Shown in pieces: positions 35,273-49,135 of a stretch of DNA of 64,000 nucleotides. Location of the stretch: assembly GCA_002245135.1 (NCBI GenBank), contig NGBS01000872.1, positions 1 to 64,000 of the forward strand, in the 5' to 3' direction. Under the pieces are notes generated by a model that did not search any database, was not told where the DNA came from, and saw only the letters and a program-made list of their open reading frames with translations. The first letter of the stretch is position 1; each line of letters starts with the position of its first letter. The translations under genes and the position numbers were made by a program. Source of the DNA: Proteromonas lacertae. Taxonomy: Eukaryota.

Positions 35273-36242
35273 ATGAACACATACAATAAACTACAACAAA
35301 ATATGGTATACAGCTTTTCATGAGCTTTTCTTATACATTCATAGACTTGTTTAAGTCAGAAGGTTGGCGTCGATATTAACGCTCTCTTTATCACAATGAA
35401 GGCGAGTGAAGAGATATATATCTTTTTATTTTGCGGTATTACACTTCCTTAATAATTTACTGCCAATTATTTACGAACCTAATGCCCCTTACCTTAAATA
35501 CAGACAACGTTTAGTAGATTGGATATATGACACAAGTTCTTTCTTCAGATTGAGCAATACCACTTCAGAATTAGCAGTAATGTATAATTATATCATTATA
35601 AACTTGTTTTCACCTCATAGATACATTGATAAAATACTTCAACTGGTACTCATTCCAAAAGAACGTTTTCATATTGTAGCAATGGCATGTTTTATGATTG
35701 CTGCAAAATATGAAGAAAAGGAGATAGATATTCCAACAATACCAGATTTAGTTCGTCATTTCAATTATACTCGTAATGAAGCCGAAATTGTAGCACAGAT
35801 GGAGGTATTGATTCTTAATAAGTATTATTAATGAAATTATATTTCATTTAGATTCGGATGGAATATTAATTACGCTACTGCTAGTCATTTCTTAGGTTAT
35901 TATTTATCAGCAGGAGCATTATTCTCCGATGATAAGTGTAATGGAATTCAATTATCTCAAAAGATAGTTGTAAAGTTTGAAAAATTCATCAAGTTCTTTG
36001 CTGAACTTGCTATGAGAGAATATTACTTTCAACAATATAAATCTTCAGAATTAGCTTGTGGTATTTTAATGGCTTGTAGAAAGCTGTTAAAATTCGAAGT
36101 GCCATGGAGATCAGAACATCAATACCTAACTGGATATGCACTAGGTGAAATTGAGCCAATTATGAATTCTTTATATGATATATATGACAGTAGATATGTA
36201 AGACATGATAGTGTATCACCTGATAATATCCAAAGTATTTAA
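35273..36242 (+). CDS. Cyclin (cyclin J-like)
   Basis: Cyclin box YRQRLVDW, YIDK, ACFMIAAKYEE and MEVLIL; four introns including one U12-type. Confidence 0.9.
35418..35460 (+). other. U12-type AT-AC intron
   Basis: 5' ATATCTTT, branch TTCCTTAAT, 3' AC; removal gives EEI-LPIIY in frame, retention gives a stop. Confidence 0.85.
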
Positions 36243-36558
36243 TTTAAATGAATTTAAAAAAAACCTTCATAATAGTATTTCATTGATTTTAATATCAATG
36301 AATCAGTAACATTGTTATTTTTACCTTTTACTTTATTGTTTTTTTGTGTGATTAAAGTAAAAGAGAGTAAATAACAATGAATTTATCAGCTATGCGCTAG
36401 ATTGTCTGATTCATTGATATGTTTTTAGATAATGCACACCGACATATATATAGTAAAGGTAACCCCTATGATTCCATCTTCTAATTGGAATTCTATTCTG
36501 AATTTAAATAAAATGATAATCAAATTTGAATTTGAAATTCGCTCTTTTTTGAATTGAG

Positions 36559-39500
36559 ATGAAAGACTTTCGAATTCCTTTGAAAATTCTTGACCTTCAG
36601 GAAAGAAGTAATGAGTTTTATTATGTTGAGGATGTTACAGATTGTAAACACATCTCTCAAGGCGAAATAGAAGACATGTTGACCGGTATGATTCTGTTGT
36701 TTTATTTATGTAGAAATTAGAGGAGCTGTAGTTGATAGTAAAGAACCATTAGGTATAGTTCAACAAAAAATCTATGATCAGTGCTTTTCGCTGTCAAAGT
36801 ATAATTCAAATATATATCGTTTAGATTCATCAATTATTTTGATGAGAGCTTAGAAGCTGAGTATGTTAGCATTCTAAAGAAAGCCATTTCTAGATTTATA
36901 CATTTATATCTTAGCACAGATGCAACTGGTCATTTAAAAGTAGATACAAACACAGATCCATCAATTAGAATCGCCTTCAAGATGTATTTGTCATTAGTGT
37001 TGTTAAATATCTCTCATTTGATTGTAAAAATCAATTCCAAGAATGATATTGTTGATACAGGTAAAAGGAAGAAGAAAATAACATCATCAGCAAATACAGA
37101 CGAGACTAAGACCTATAATTTGATATATGATTTAGTATCAAAGATGAATGATATGGTAGATAATAACTTTTGGGTATTATGGCCTGTATCCATCCCTGAG
37201 GAAACTGTATTAAGTGGAATATGCAATGTAATATATCAAATATATGAGAATGAAATCTTATTGAAAAGTAATGACGTTACATCCATAGTCAATCATATTT
37301 TAGTAATTCTAATCAATAAGTTTGATTCAATTCATGCTTCTTGTAGTGCAAGTTTATTCAACATATTATACAATAAAGAGAATGTATCAAATGAAGTGGT
37401 GAAGATTTTAGATGAGTGTATTACCAAGTTCAATGATCATCGACTAGCTGGTGAATTACTGAGAGAAATTGGAAGATATAGTTTAAATGGTTCAAATGAT
37501 AGTAAAGGTATTAAGAATATATCAAACTTCATTATTGAATGTTCAAATGTCATTCCTAGTGACTTACAGAATAATTTGTCTGTTATACTATATCATTTGA
37601 ATAATGAAAATTATACTATAAGAAATGCTATCATTAGTTCAATTGGTAATATCATAATATATCTTAGAAGCTTAAAAGAGGATAATAATCAAAAACAAAA
37701 TAATGGGGAAACTTCTGGAGAAACTGAAAAGAGATCCGTTACAAATACAGATAATACAAGAGATTCATTATTTGAGTTATTAGAGGAGAGAGTATATGAT
37801 GTAAATTCATTTGTAAGAACAAATACAATAAAAACATTTAATAACCTATTAACTCAAAATTCAATTCCATTATCTTTAATTCCCAATATAAGTGGTTTAT
37901 GTGTTGATAGATTGAATGATAAATCATCCAATGTAAGAAAAGAATCTCTTAAATTGTTAATATTGTTATTAGAGATAAATCCATTTGGATGTTCACTCGA
38001 TATAAAACTCTATGATAATAAATACAAACAATTAAAAGAAGAAATAGAAAAAATAGATAAAGAAAGAGAAGAAAATAAAATGGAAATAGAAGAAAATGAA
38101 GGAGATGGAAGTGAGGAACAACAACAAGAATCAAATGAAATAATCCAAAAGAGAAAAGAATATAAGTATCTCTCCACATTAATGCAATATTTATCAATAC
38201 TAAATGACATGCCAAAAGTGTTAGATAAACTATTACAATCTGATGTTGACAGTGATATTCTACAAGGAATTGATTTTATTAATAAATCATATGAAAAGAA
38301 TATATCCTATGCTGAGAGTTATATTCATCGATTATTACCACTTATATTTAGTGAAAATGATAAAATTATTGAGAAAATCATTAATTTAATATCAACTATA
38401 TATATCTATGATGATAATAATAAATATCAAAGTTGTGATGATATAGCTAATAACTTGATAAAACTATCATATAACAATAATATTGAAGAAGAAATGTCCT
38501 TAGAAAATATAATAGAAGGATTAGTAAGAAATAATCATTTAAATGATAAAGTAATCAACTCACTTTATAATATAATAATATCGAATGATAGTTCATTTAA
38601 AAATATAAGTTACGCTTTACATATTATCTATATAATTGCAGTAGAAAAACCAAAGTCTATTTATATTAAAGATAAATTAGAGAAATATATCAAAGGAATA
38701 GATGAATATATGGTAAATATAAAGAAGATTAACAGTGATATATTCAATATAGGTAAATACTACTGCAAATTAATGTCTATTATATATCAAAATGTATATA
38801 TTTAATATATATTATTATTTAATTAGAATGAATTAGATGATGATGAATTAAAGACAATATACTTAATAATTGAAAATCTTTTATTCTCCAATATCAATAT
38901 CAATTCTTACTATAATGAATGGTTTAATTATTGTGAAACGGCTATAAGTACAATAAGAGAAATAAGTTGTGAACCTGATAAGTTGTATACTAAATACATT
39001 ATCAACTTCTCTCAACAATTATTAACTAATAAAACTAACAATTCCAATTATTTATCTCAATTATATCACTTAATTGGATGTGTTTCACTTAATACATTTA
39101 TATATTGTGATTCTATTATTAGAATAATTAAACAAAAACAAAGCAATAATGACAACAACAATAAAAATAAGAAGAAGAAGAAGAAAGATAAGAAGAATAA
39201 AAATAGAAAATCCAAAGGTGGTAAAAATAATAATAAAGATGAAGAAGAAGATGTTGAAGAAGAAGAAGAAAATGATGATGATGATGATGATTTGCAAGCT
39301 ATGATTGGTAGTAATGGTAGTAATGATAATGAATTATATGACCAAATATTAACCTCTATTAGTAATGAAACACTCCTGTATGAAAACTTAATCAGTACAT
39401 TCAAACCACTGTTATTCAAGATAATATATAATAAAGATGAGAAATATAACTCTATTATATTACAACGAACTTGCATATTGTGTTTATGTAAATTGATGGT

Positions 39501-40565
39501 AATAAGTGAGAAATTCTGTAAAGAGAATATTCAATTATTATTTACATTATTATTACAAAGTAAAGATACAACTATAAAATGTAATATTATAATCAGTATG
39601 GGTGATTTAGTGTTTAGATATCCAAATATACTGGAACAATATACTAGTAGTATTTATAGTGGATTAAAAGATCAAGTATATATATATTATTAATTTATTT
39701 ATAATAGAATGAAAGAGTAAGAAGAAATACACTAATTGTATTAACTCACTTAATATTAAATGATATGATTAAAGTAAAAGGTCAAATAAGTGATATTGCT
39801 TTATTATTAGAAGATGATGTAGAAAGAATTCAAATATATACTCAAATACTATTCAATGAATTGTCCAAGAGAGGTAAAAATCCAATTTATAACTTACTAC
39901 CTGATATTGTGAGTAGATTGACAAATGATAAATCCATTAAACATGAAGTATTTAAGAAGATAATGAGTTATTTGATATCATTTATTAAGAAAGTATATAT
40001 TATATAATGTTATTATTATTATTATTATTATAAATAGGATAATCAAAATGACAATATTTGTGAAAAATTATGTCATAGAATAAATGCTACTGAAGATAAA
40101 GATCAATGGATTTGTTTAAGTTACTGTTTAACTCTTTTACAGTTTAATGAAACAAATATAAAGAAACTATTTGAATTAAATAACTTTTATAAAGAAGCTA
40201 TCAAAGTGGATGAAGTATATGAAAACTTTGAAGTGATATTCTCGAAGGTTGTAAAAAGCAGTAAAAATGAGAATGTTGAAGTAATAAAGAATTACTTAAA
40301 TGAATTGAGTGAGTTACACGATGGTAAAAGAATTGATAGTAATAGTAGTAATATGTCTCCTATAAAGAAGAAAAGAGCTCAAAGAAAAAAAAGAGAAAAT
40401 AATAATAATAATAATAATACAAATACTAGAAGGAAAAGAAATACAAAACGTAAAAATGTAAAATCAAAGAGAGTGATGGAAGATGATGATGATGATGATG
40501 ATGTTTTAGAAAGTGATACTGATTTATCTGATGATTTGGATATAATTGATGAAGAAAGTGATTAA
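36559..40565 (+). CDS. NCAPD2: Condensin complex subunit 1 (CAP-D2/Cnd1)
   Basis: ERVYDVNSFVR, RLNDKSSNVRK, LCKLMVISEKFC, GDLVFRYPN, LILNDMIKVKG and IYNLLPDI. Confidence 0.92.
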
Positions 40566-40660
40566 AGGATTTGAAATGTTTATTGATTTTATTAGAAAAA
40601 TATATACAGAAAAATATTTCACATAATAACATAATGCTATTAATTGTATTTGAATGTGTT

Positions 40661-43212
40661 TTATATAAATATATAATTTTTAGCAAATTGAATTAATTCT
40701 TCTTCAGGAACATTATTTTTCTCCATTTCCTAATACAAATTAGAGAGTTATATATATACTTTGTATTTCTTTATATTTCCTAAAATCAATTTTAATTCGT
40801 TCTCATTACAATGAATATCATATAAACTATTAACCCAAGCATCAAGTGTACCTCCTTTAGCGATTTTCATGGAAGTTAATTCATCTATAATATCTGCAAT
40901 TATTCTGTTACTTTCATTTTTGTTCAACAAATGTTTAATTGATCTCTATATACAAAAAATGCTATATCACAATCTATACGTTGAAATTTTCAATTTTATG
41001 AATAGAACTATCCATTTCTTCATATGTAGAAGATGGAGTAATATCATTATCAATTTCATCATTAAAATCACTTACATGTTTGGAATATTCATTTACTAAT
41101 GGACTATTCATTATATAATCAGTTGTGATTCTTTTATCCTGAATATGCTTATACAGTAATGGTTTTGGAACACTGTGCTATATAAATAAATATATAATCA
41201 TAACTAATACTCTAATATCTGTTAGTAACATTTCAACCTTCTTTATATAATCTTCATATTCATCTTTTGTTCGTTTTTCTTCATCAATATACCATTTTTC
41301 AATTCGTTTTATTTCTTCTAAAAACACTTCTTTTTCTTTCATATCTTTATTATCTAATAAATCACGACATTCAATTAGTAATTTCGAAAGTTTTCTTTCA
41401 AGTTCAGGAAATCTTTCACAGCTTAATACATTCTAGGTAGATAATAAATATATAACATTATTCATACATCAATTGAATCTATTGGTGCAAGAGTAACTTC
41501 AATTGTTTTGTTTAATTTACTAATCTCATTCATATTCATACTCTTAGCTTTAGTCTTTAATTCATCCAATAATTGATTTGCAATAGCATCTGTATTTTTT
41601 AAATGTTTTTGGATCATCTCAATTCTATGCTGATAATGATATATATTTGCTTCCAATTCATTCCTCAAATGAGACATCTGTTGTTGCATCTCTGACTTTT
41701 CAATTATTCTACTCACATTATCTGTCAACTCTTCTATCGCAGAATTATCATAGGAAGTTTGATGAATTACTACATAATAATTATAACATTATATAAATAT
41801 ATATATATATACATTTCGGCTTTAAATCAATTCCTTCATTTGGTTTAAAATCAACTCCTTTCAAATGGTCTTTATTTTTAATCATATACTTAACACAACA
41901 TCCTTCACTGTTACATTCATCTAAATTCAGAGTTTGAATTAAACCACCATAGTTAGATTTGTATAATAAAGCATCTTTATTCACTATTGAACATAATACA
42001 CTCTTCAATAAAGGAATTCTTGAACAACCACCTACTATCACTGGTTCAATCTTATTTTGCATTTCTGTTGGTAATACTTTCAATAAATCTTCTATATTAC
42101 TTCGCAAACAATCATCAAATCCATTCTTTTTCAGTAATTCATTTAACTCATTTCGACTGAAATCAACTACAAAATCATCTTTTTCATCATCCAATTCTAC
42201 TATCATTTGAATCTCATCAGCTCCACTTGCACTTAGTTTCTCTTTCATTTTTATTATCTCTTTTACAAGCTTTATTAGACATTTATCATTTATTTCATAT
42301 CCTTCATTTTCAGCTCTTCGCTTAAACTCTTTCAATAATAATCCATCTATTTTTTGACCATTTATATAACGATCATTCTTATTTCCATTTATATGATTTA
42401 ATATTTTAAATTTGTTTTTACTGTATCCCACAAGGGTATAATCATTGTTCATATATCCTATATCACATATTAAGATATATTTTAGACTATATTCATCAAA
42501 TTCATTATTGTTCTCATATCCATAACATAATACACTACTGTAATAACTTTCTATTATTTCTAAACATTCAAATTCAGATTTTTCACATAAGGTTTTAAAT
42601 CGATTTACTTCTTTCTCACTCCAATAAGATGGAACACAAAAGATACTTTTCAGTTTTTCGGAAGATTTTATTTCAACTTTATTTCGAATTATTTCACTTA
42701 TCTCATGAAATATTAAAAGAATTATTTCATCTAATGTTATTATATTACCATTAAACTATTTTCATTTTTAAAATATATTAACATATTATTATATTATTAT
42801 ATACATCAAATCCAACTCGATCTTCTTTATCACCTTTTACGATTCTTTCTGGTTTATGATATTCTTTTATTTCTTCATTTACTTCACTTAACTTCTTACC
42901 AAATAGATCATTCACACAACTTATGGTATATTTATACTTACTAGTCTTCTATTTACATGCACATATACAATATTATATCTATATATAAACAATACTTGCC
43001 TTGAAGCTACATCTCCAAATAATAATTTAGAACCATCCCAACTTAATGTCACTCTAATCATATATCAAATGATAATATTATTACTCAATTTTCTTGTTGT
43101 TGATGCTATCTTCAACAACAGTTATAGGTGAAACTTTAGAATCTGGCAATATCTTCATCACAGATATCACAATGTTTTTACTACCAAAATCAATCCCAAA
43201 GATTTGACTCAT
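40661..43212 (-). CDS. Divergent Hsp70/Hsp110-like protein A
   Basis: IFGIDFGS, VPSYW, ICDIG, KEKLSA, VGGCSRIP and LNLDEC; RNELEANIY in C-terminus; introns. Confidence 0.8.
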
Positions 43213-43213
43213 T
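41884..43213. repeat. Inverted repeat copy 1 (Hsp70 NBD region)
   Basis: Near-identical reverse complement of 47803-49135. Confidence 0.95.
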
Positions 43214-43315
43214 AGAAGAAGAGAAGAAAAAAAATCTTCTGTAACGAATATAATCTTTTAAAGAATTGAACAAGCTTAAGTTTGATTTCTACCGTTTTTA
43301 TTTAGTTTTTTAATA

Positions 43316-44099
43316 ATGGCTGAAGAAGAAGAAGAGGATCTTGGAGTATAGTTTTTATGTTAATGTTTTAGGGATATATTGTTGAATACCTTGATGGTGA
43401 AAAAGAAAAAACAAATTGGATTAAAAGACCTGGAAAGTACATTTTTAATTGATTTATTTTAGGTTACGAATAACATATCCTAATGGAGATACATTTGAAG
43501 GTATTTACAATGAAAACAAAAAGCGGGAAGGACCAAGTGTATATAAATTTGCTAAAATAAAGAAAGAAGGAGGTATATTCTATATATTTCATATTCTAGA
43601 TGAGGATGAAGAGCAACCAGAAGATGAAGAAGAGGAGGAAGGCGAAGGTAAGCCGAAAAAACAGGTTCCTAGGTTTGAAGGTATGTATATAGATGGTAAA
43701 AAATGCGGCAAGGGAGTACTATACACACGAAATGGTGAAATGTATTATGGTGAGTGGGATGATGATTTACCTAATGGAAGAGGTGCTTATAAATATGAAA
43801 ATGGAGATATATATGATGGAGAGTGGGAAAAAGGACAAAAGCAAGGAGAAGGTACATATTTATTCACAGCAACAGGAACAAGATTAAAGGGAGTATGGGA
43901 TCAAAATTCAATTCAAAGTGGACAGTGGGTATTTAAAGATGGAACTACGGTTGAATCACAATTTAAAAATAATAAACCATTTGATGATGCAGTTATTAAA
44001 TTCTATCATGGAGCTATTAGACATGGTGAATTCTTTATTAAAGCTCTTGATGAGGATGAATTAATGACCCAATTGGTTTGGAAAACTACATCCAATTAG
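43316..44099 (+). CDS. RSPH1: MORN-repeat protein, radial spoke head 1-like
   Basis: Tandem MORN repeats (YPNGDTFEG, YENGDIYDGEW, GEGTYLFTATGTRLKGVW) and acidic insert. Confidence 0.65.
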
Positions 44100-44208
44100 A
44101 ATAATTAATTATTTTAATATTATTTCTCTATCTTTTTTTGTTGATTATTATTTATTTTATCTGTTATTATTAATTTTAATACAAAAAAAATATAAAAAAT
44201 AGATAAAA

Positions 44209-45469
44209 TTAATATGTTAATTTTGCTACTCTTGCTTTAGTATCAACAACATCAGTAGTAAAATCTAATACAACTCCTAATGTAGTAAATCTATCATTAA
44301 TCAAATCAGTAAATGCAGTGGCAGATCCATTTCCAAAGAAATTACCCCATAAAAGTAATTCATTCAAATTTGTATTAGAATACATACCTTCAGCAATAGC
44401 TAACAATCCTTCATCATTTATACCACACAACTGTAAATTTAGTTTCAATAATGATGTATTTTGAGCTATAATTCTTCCCAATCTTCTTCCACCTTCATCA
44501 CCAATTGTATTACCATTTAAATTCAATACATTCAATTGTGGATTGGATATTAAATATTTATAGAAGTAAATAATACCCATATATGTTATTTTATTCTTCC
44601 TTAAATTCAATTCTTTAAGTGAATGATTTTCAAACATATATTCTGTAAAGGTTTTTAATGCTAAATCATCTATTCCACATTGAGCAATTGATAATACTTC
44701 AATTGTTTGATTTCTCTTTACCATTTCACCAATATGCACAATAATTTCACCATCATCTGATGCAGGGAAGACGTTATCCATATTAAACTCTTCTAAAGTA
44801 TTATTTGACCATAATGTTTGACATATTGAAATAACACTATCAGTTCCTATTATTTAAATAAACATAAAATAAAAAACATTATTATACTTATTTCATTTTC
44901 ACCTATATCAAGTGATCTCAGTGTTTTATTCATTGATAATAACTCTGACATATATAAACCTCCTTGATCTCTTATATAATTAGAATGTAAATTCAATAAA
45001 CATAACGTGGTGTTATTATGTAATGTTTCACAGAGTTTTTTACAACCTTCTGTTCCTATATCATTACTATGAAGATCTAAAACTGCTATTGTTGACTTTT
45101 CACCTTCTAAAAGTTCACATAGTTTGATCATTCCTTCATTTCCAATATGATTATATGGAAGTAATAATTCAGATACTGCAAATCTTTCATCATCTACTTC
45201 TAATAATGCATCAACGATTGGACCTATATTTTGATCATTTATACGGTTTTCAAACATTCTTAATTGATTACCACTTAAATTTAATGATTCCAAAGGTTCT
45301 CTGTGAATTATAATAATTAATAACAATACTGTGAATCAAGAGCTTCCTGAAATATCTTAGTTACCCAAGGATGTGGTTCTATTGATGCTTCATTACATTT
45401 ATTATTATAACTAATTAATTTAGATGAATTTGAAATATACATTTCAATAATATTTAATTTCTTTTCCAT
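44209..45469 (-). CDS. LRRC34: Leucine-rich repeat protein 34-like
   Basis: LNLSGN start, RI-type LRRs, IVHIGEMVKRN, LLLWGNFF and DFTTDVVD..RVAK end, matching the LRRC34 layout as recalled. Confidence 0.72.
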
Positions 45470-45582
45470 TAAAAATGAGTTTTTAGTTTTGTAACAGAAA
45501 GCTTGTCAAAAAGTTTGATCAATTATTTTCTTTTTCTCAATTATTTCAACAAACAACTAACAAAATTAGAAAAATAGTTGAT

Positions 45583-46391
45583 TTAATGTTTTTGTGCTCT
45601 CAATTGTGCAGATATTTGATCTAATTTAGAAGGTAATAAACTTGCAAATTCTTCAGCCATTTTCAAAATATTCTTACTCTCATCATTCAGCAAATTAATA
45701 TTATTATTACCAAATTCAGCTACATATTTATAATATAAATAACTCTTTTTATCATATTCTATTTTTTCTTTCAAATCAATTTCATATGTATCTGCCATCT
45801 TTGTCAACATTCTTGCAATATTGAAACTAGCATGTATATAAGGTTGAATACCCTCTCTATCATCCAGAGTATCTGGTCTTTTACCTTCTTTAAAATAATA
45901 CTTTGTAAATTCTTCAAAATGATACATGCATTTTGAAGAAAATAATCTCAACTTCTGAAGTTCAATTTTCTTTAATTTATAAGTTGTACCATTAGATTCA
46001 GCCTCTTCTTGTTTTTTATTTATTTTTCTAATCTTTTCATCTAAAGATTCCGAATATATTTCACCTAATTCATAATGCAATTCAGTAATAATGTTTGAAA
46101 AAGCTTGAGTATTTAATTCTCCAATAATTGGTTCTAATAAATCTATTCGTTTCTGATTCATCGTTATTCTTTTGGATGATTCAATTACATACGCACTTAA
46201 GTAATGATACAATTTACTTTGATCTTTTAATATGTTGATATAATCAGTAACCCAACCATCTATTCTGAAATATAACTTAGCTTTGTTATAGTAATGATTA
46301 GATGATTTGAATAACACAAGTGCTTCGTCATAATTAATAGATTTATCACCTTCAGGAATATTGATATTAGAAGGAGGTGTATTTAAATATA

Positions 46392-46422
<31 letters not shown>

Positions 46423-47690
46423 TATTATTGTATCAGTAGTATCTGGAACAGAATTATTATCGTTATTATTATTAGATGATGATGAAGAAGAAGGTAGTGG
46501 TAATGGCTGTGATTGTTCATTATTATTACTATCTGATGTTACAATAGATGGTATAGATTCAGGTATATTTGAAACTACATTGACATTAACTATCAAATCT
46601 AATATTTCCATCAAATTTGGGTGATATTTCTTTCCTTTCAATTGGTTCTCCTGTTGATTCTAATATCCAACAGTTCTTTAATGAAGTGCAATAAATGGCA
46701 GCATAAGTAATATCAATATTACCTTTAGCTTCTAATTGATAATCACTATCACCTTCAAAATTTGATTTTTCATAAACTTCTTCACATTTTTTTGATTAAA
46801 GGTAATGTAATATTTATATATCCTCTTCCAAAGAATACTTCTGAAAATGATAAACAATTCTTAATCCATTCATGTGGTACATAACTATTGTAGTTTAATT
46901 GTCTATATAATGTTAAACCACAGTAATAAGAAGCTTGTTTTTCATCTCCATAATTGCCATAATGTTGAGCTAAGAAAAAGGTGGTATGAGTGAATAATAT
47001 TTCGAAATTATTTCTTTCTTTTTCACTATATTTAAATTCTATATTATAATAATAACATCATATATATATATATATACTATTTTCACCTATTTCTTTAGAT
47101 ATTTTACTATACATTGTATTTGCCAATTCAAACGTCTTTAAAGCATCATCCTCTTCTTCATACTCTGAATGTAATATTCCTGCTTCATTACATGCTGAGA
47201 TATATATCATTGATTGAGAAAGCAGTGATAAACAATTATCAGCTTCAATTGGATTATCTTCTACTTCATCACACCATTCTGAGTTAATTACATCAGGTAT
47301 CTCTTCTTCTAAATTGGTAATTTCGTATAAAGGGGTATAGAGGGGTATATTTTCATTAAGAAATTTTGTCCCATCTATCCAAAGTGAAATAATATTGTAT
47401 ACCTGGAGTTTCTTCACTCTGAGTATGATTTATTCCAAGTTTTAGATTTACAATTATTAATATTTTGTTTAATTCGCTAGAAATATCTGCATTCAGCGAT
47501 TCTAATTTTAAAGTCTCTTCTATTATTTTCTTTATAGCGTTTAAATATTTTCGAGCATCATATAAATTTCTATGCCAATAAATTCTTACGAATACTTAAA
47601 CGGCATTTCAGCATTACCAGGTCCCTGCTCTGCTATAAGACTTTTATGGAATAAACCCCCTATTTTGCTTAAATATTCTTTGTATAACAT
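45583..47690 (-). CDS. KIFBP: KIF-binding protein (KBP)
   Basis: THTTFFLAQHY, YCGLTL.RQL, DGWVTDYINILKDQS, KRIDLLEP and ASFNIARM; apparent indels ~46650-46830. Confidence 0.82.
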
Positions 47691-47802
47691 GAAAAAAGGA
47701 ATACAAAAAAAATATTAGTTTCAAAAAATGTTTAGTGATGAGAATATAAAGTTTGTAAATCAAACATATTATTTTATGTAAATAAAACTCTTGATTTAAA
47801 AG

Positions 47803-49135
47803 AATGAGTCAAATCTTTGGGATTGATTTTGGTAGTAAAAACATTGTGATATCTGTGATGAAGATATTGCCAGATTCTAAAGTTTCACCTATAACTGTTG
47901 TTGAAGATAGCATCAACAACAAGAAAATTGAGTAATAATATTATCATTTGATATATGATTAGAGTGACATTAAGTTGGGATGGTTCTAAATTATTATTTG
48001 GAGATGTAGCTTCAAGGCAAGTATTGTTTATATATAGATATAATATTGTATATGTGCATGTAAATAGAAGACTAGTAAGTATAAATATACCATAAGTTGT
48101 GTGAATGATCTATTTGGTAAGAAGTTAAGTGAAGTAAATGAAGAAATAAAAGAATATCATAAACCAGAAAGAATCGTAAAAGGTGATAAAGAAGATCGAG
48201 TTGGATTTGATGTATATAATAATATAATAATAATATGTTAATATATTTTAAAAATGAAAATAGTTTAATGGTAATATAATAACATTAGATGAAATAATTC
48301 TTTTAATATTTCATGAGATAAGTGAAATAATTCGAAATAAAGTTGAAATAAAATCTTCCGAAAAACTGAAAAGTATCTTTTGTGTTCCATCTTATTGGAG
48401 TGAGAAAGAAGTAAATCGATTTAAAACCTTATGTGAAAAATCTGAATTTGAATGTTTAGAAATAATAGAAAGTTATTACAGTAGTGTATTATGTTATGGA
48501 TATGAGAACAATAATGAATTTGATGAATATAGTCTAAAATATATCTTAATATGTGATATAGGATATATGAACAATGATTATACCCTTGTGGGATACAGTA
48601 AAAACAAATTTAAAATATTAAATCATATAAATGGAAATAAGAATGATCGTTATATAAATGGTCAAAAAATAGATGGATTATTATTGAAAGAGTTTAAGCG
48701 AAGAGCTGAAAATGAAGGATATGAAATAAATGATAAATGTCTAATAAAGCTTGTAAAAGAGATAATAAAAATGAAAGAGAAACTAAGTGCAAGTGGAGCT
48801 GATGAGATTCAAATGATAGTAGAATTGGATGATGAAAAAGATGATTTTGTAGTTGATTTCAGTCGAAATGAGTTAAATGAATTACTGAAAAAGAATGGAT
48901 TTGATGATTGTTTACGAAGTAATATAGAAGATTTATTGAAAGTATTACCAACAGAAATGCAAAATAAGATTGAGCCAGTGATAGTGGGTGGTTGTTCAAG
49001 AATTCCTTTATTGAAGAGTGTATTATGTTCAATAGTGAATAAAGATGCTTTATTATACAAATCTAACTATGGTGGTTTAATTCAAACTCTGAATTTAGAT
49101 GAATGTAACAGTGAAGGATGTTGTGTTAAGTATAT
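47803..49135. repeat. Inverted repeat copy 2 (Hsp70 NBD region)
   Basis: Mirror of 41884-43213; differs by a few synonymous SNPs and a 3-nt intron indel. Confidence 0.95.

Noticed and set aside
36455..36470. taaccccta as a telomerase RNA template
   Set aside because: Short match with four Cs and no other supporting elements recognised.
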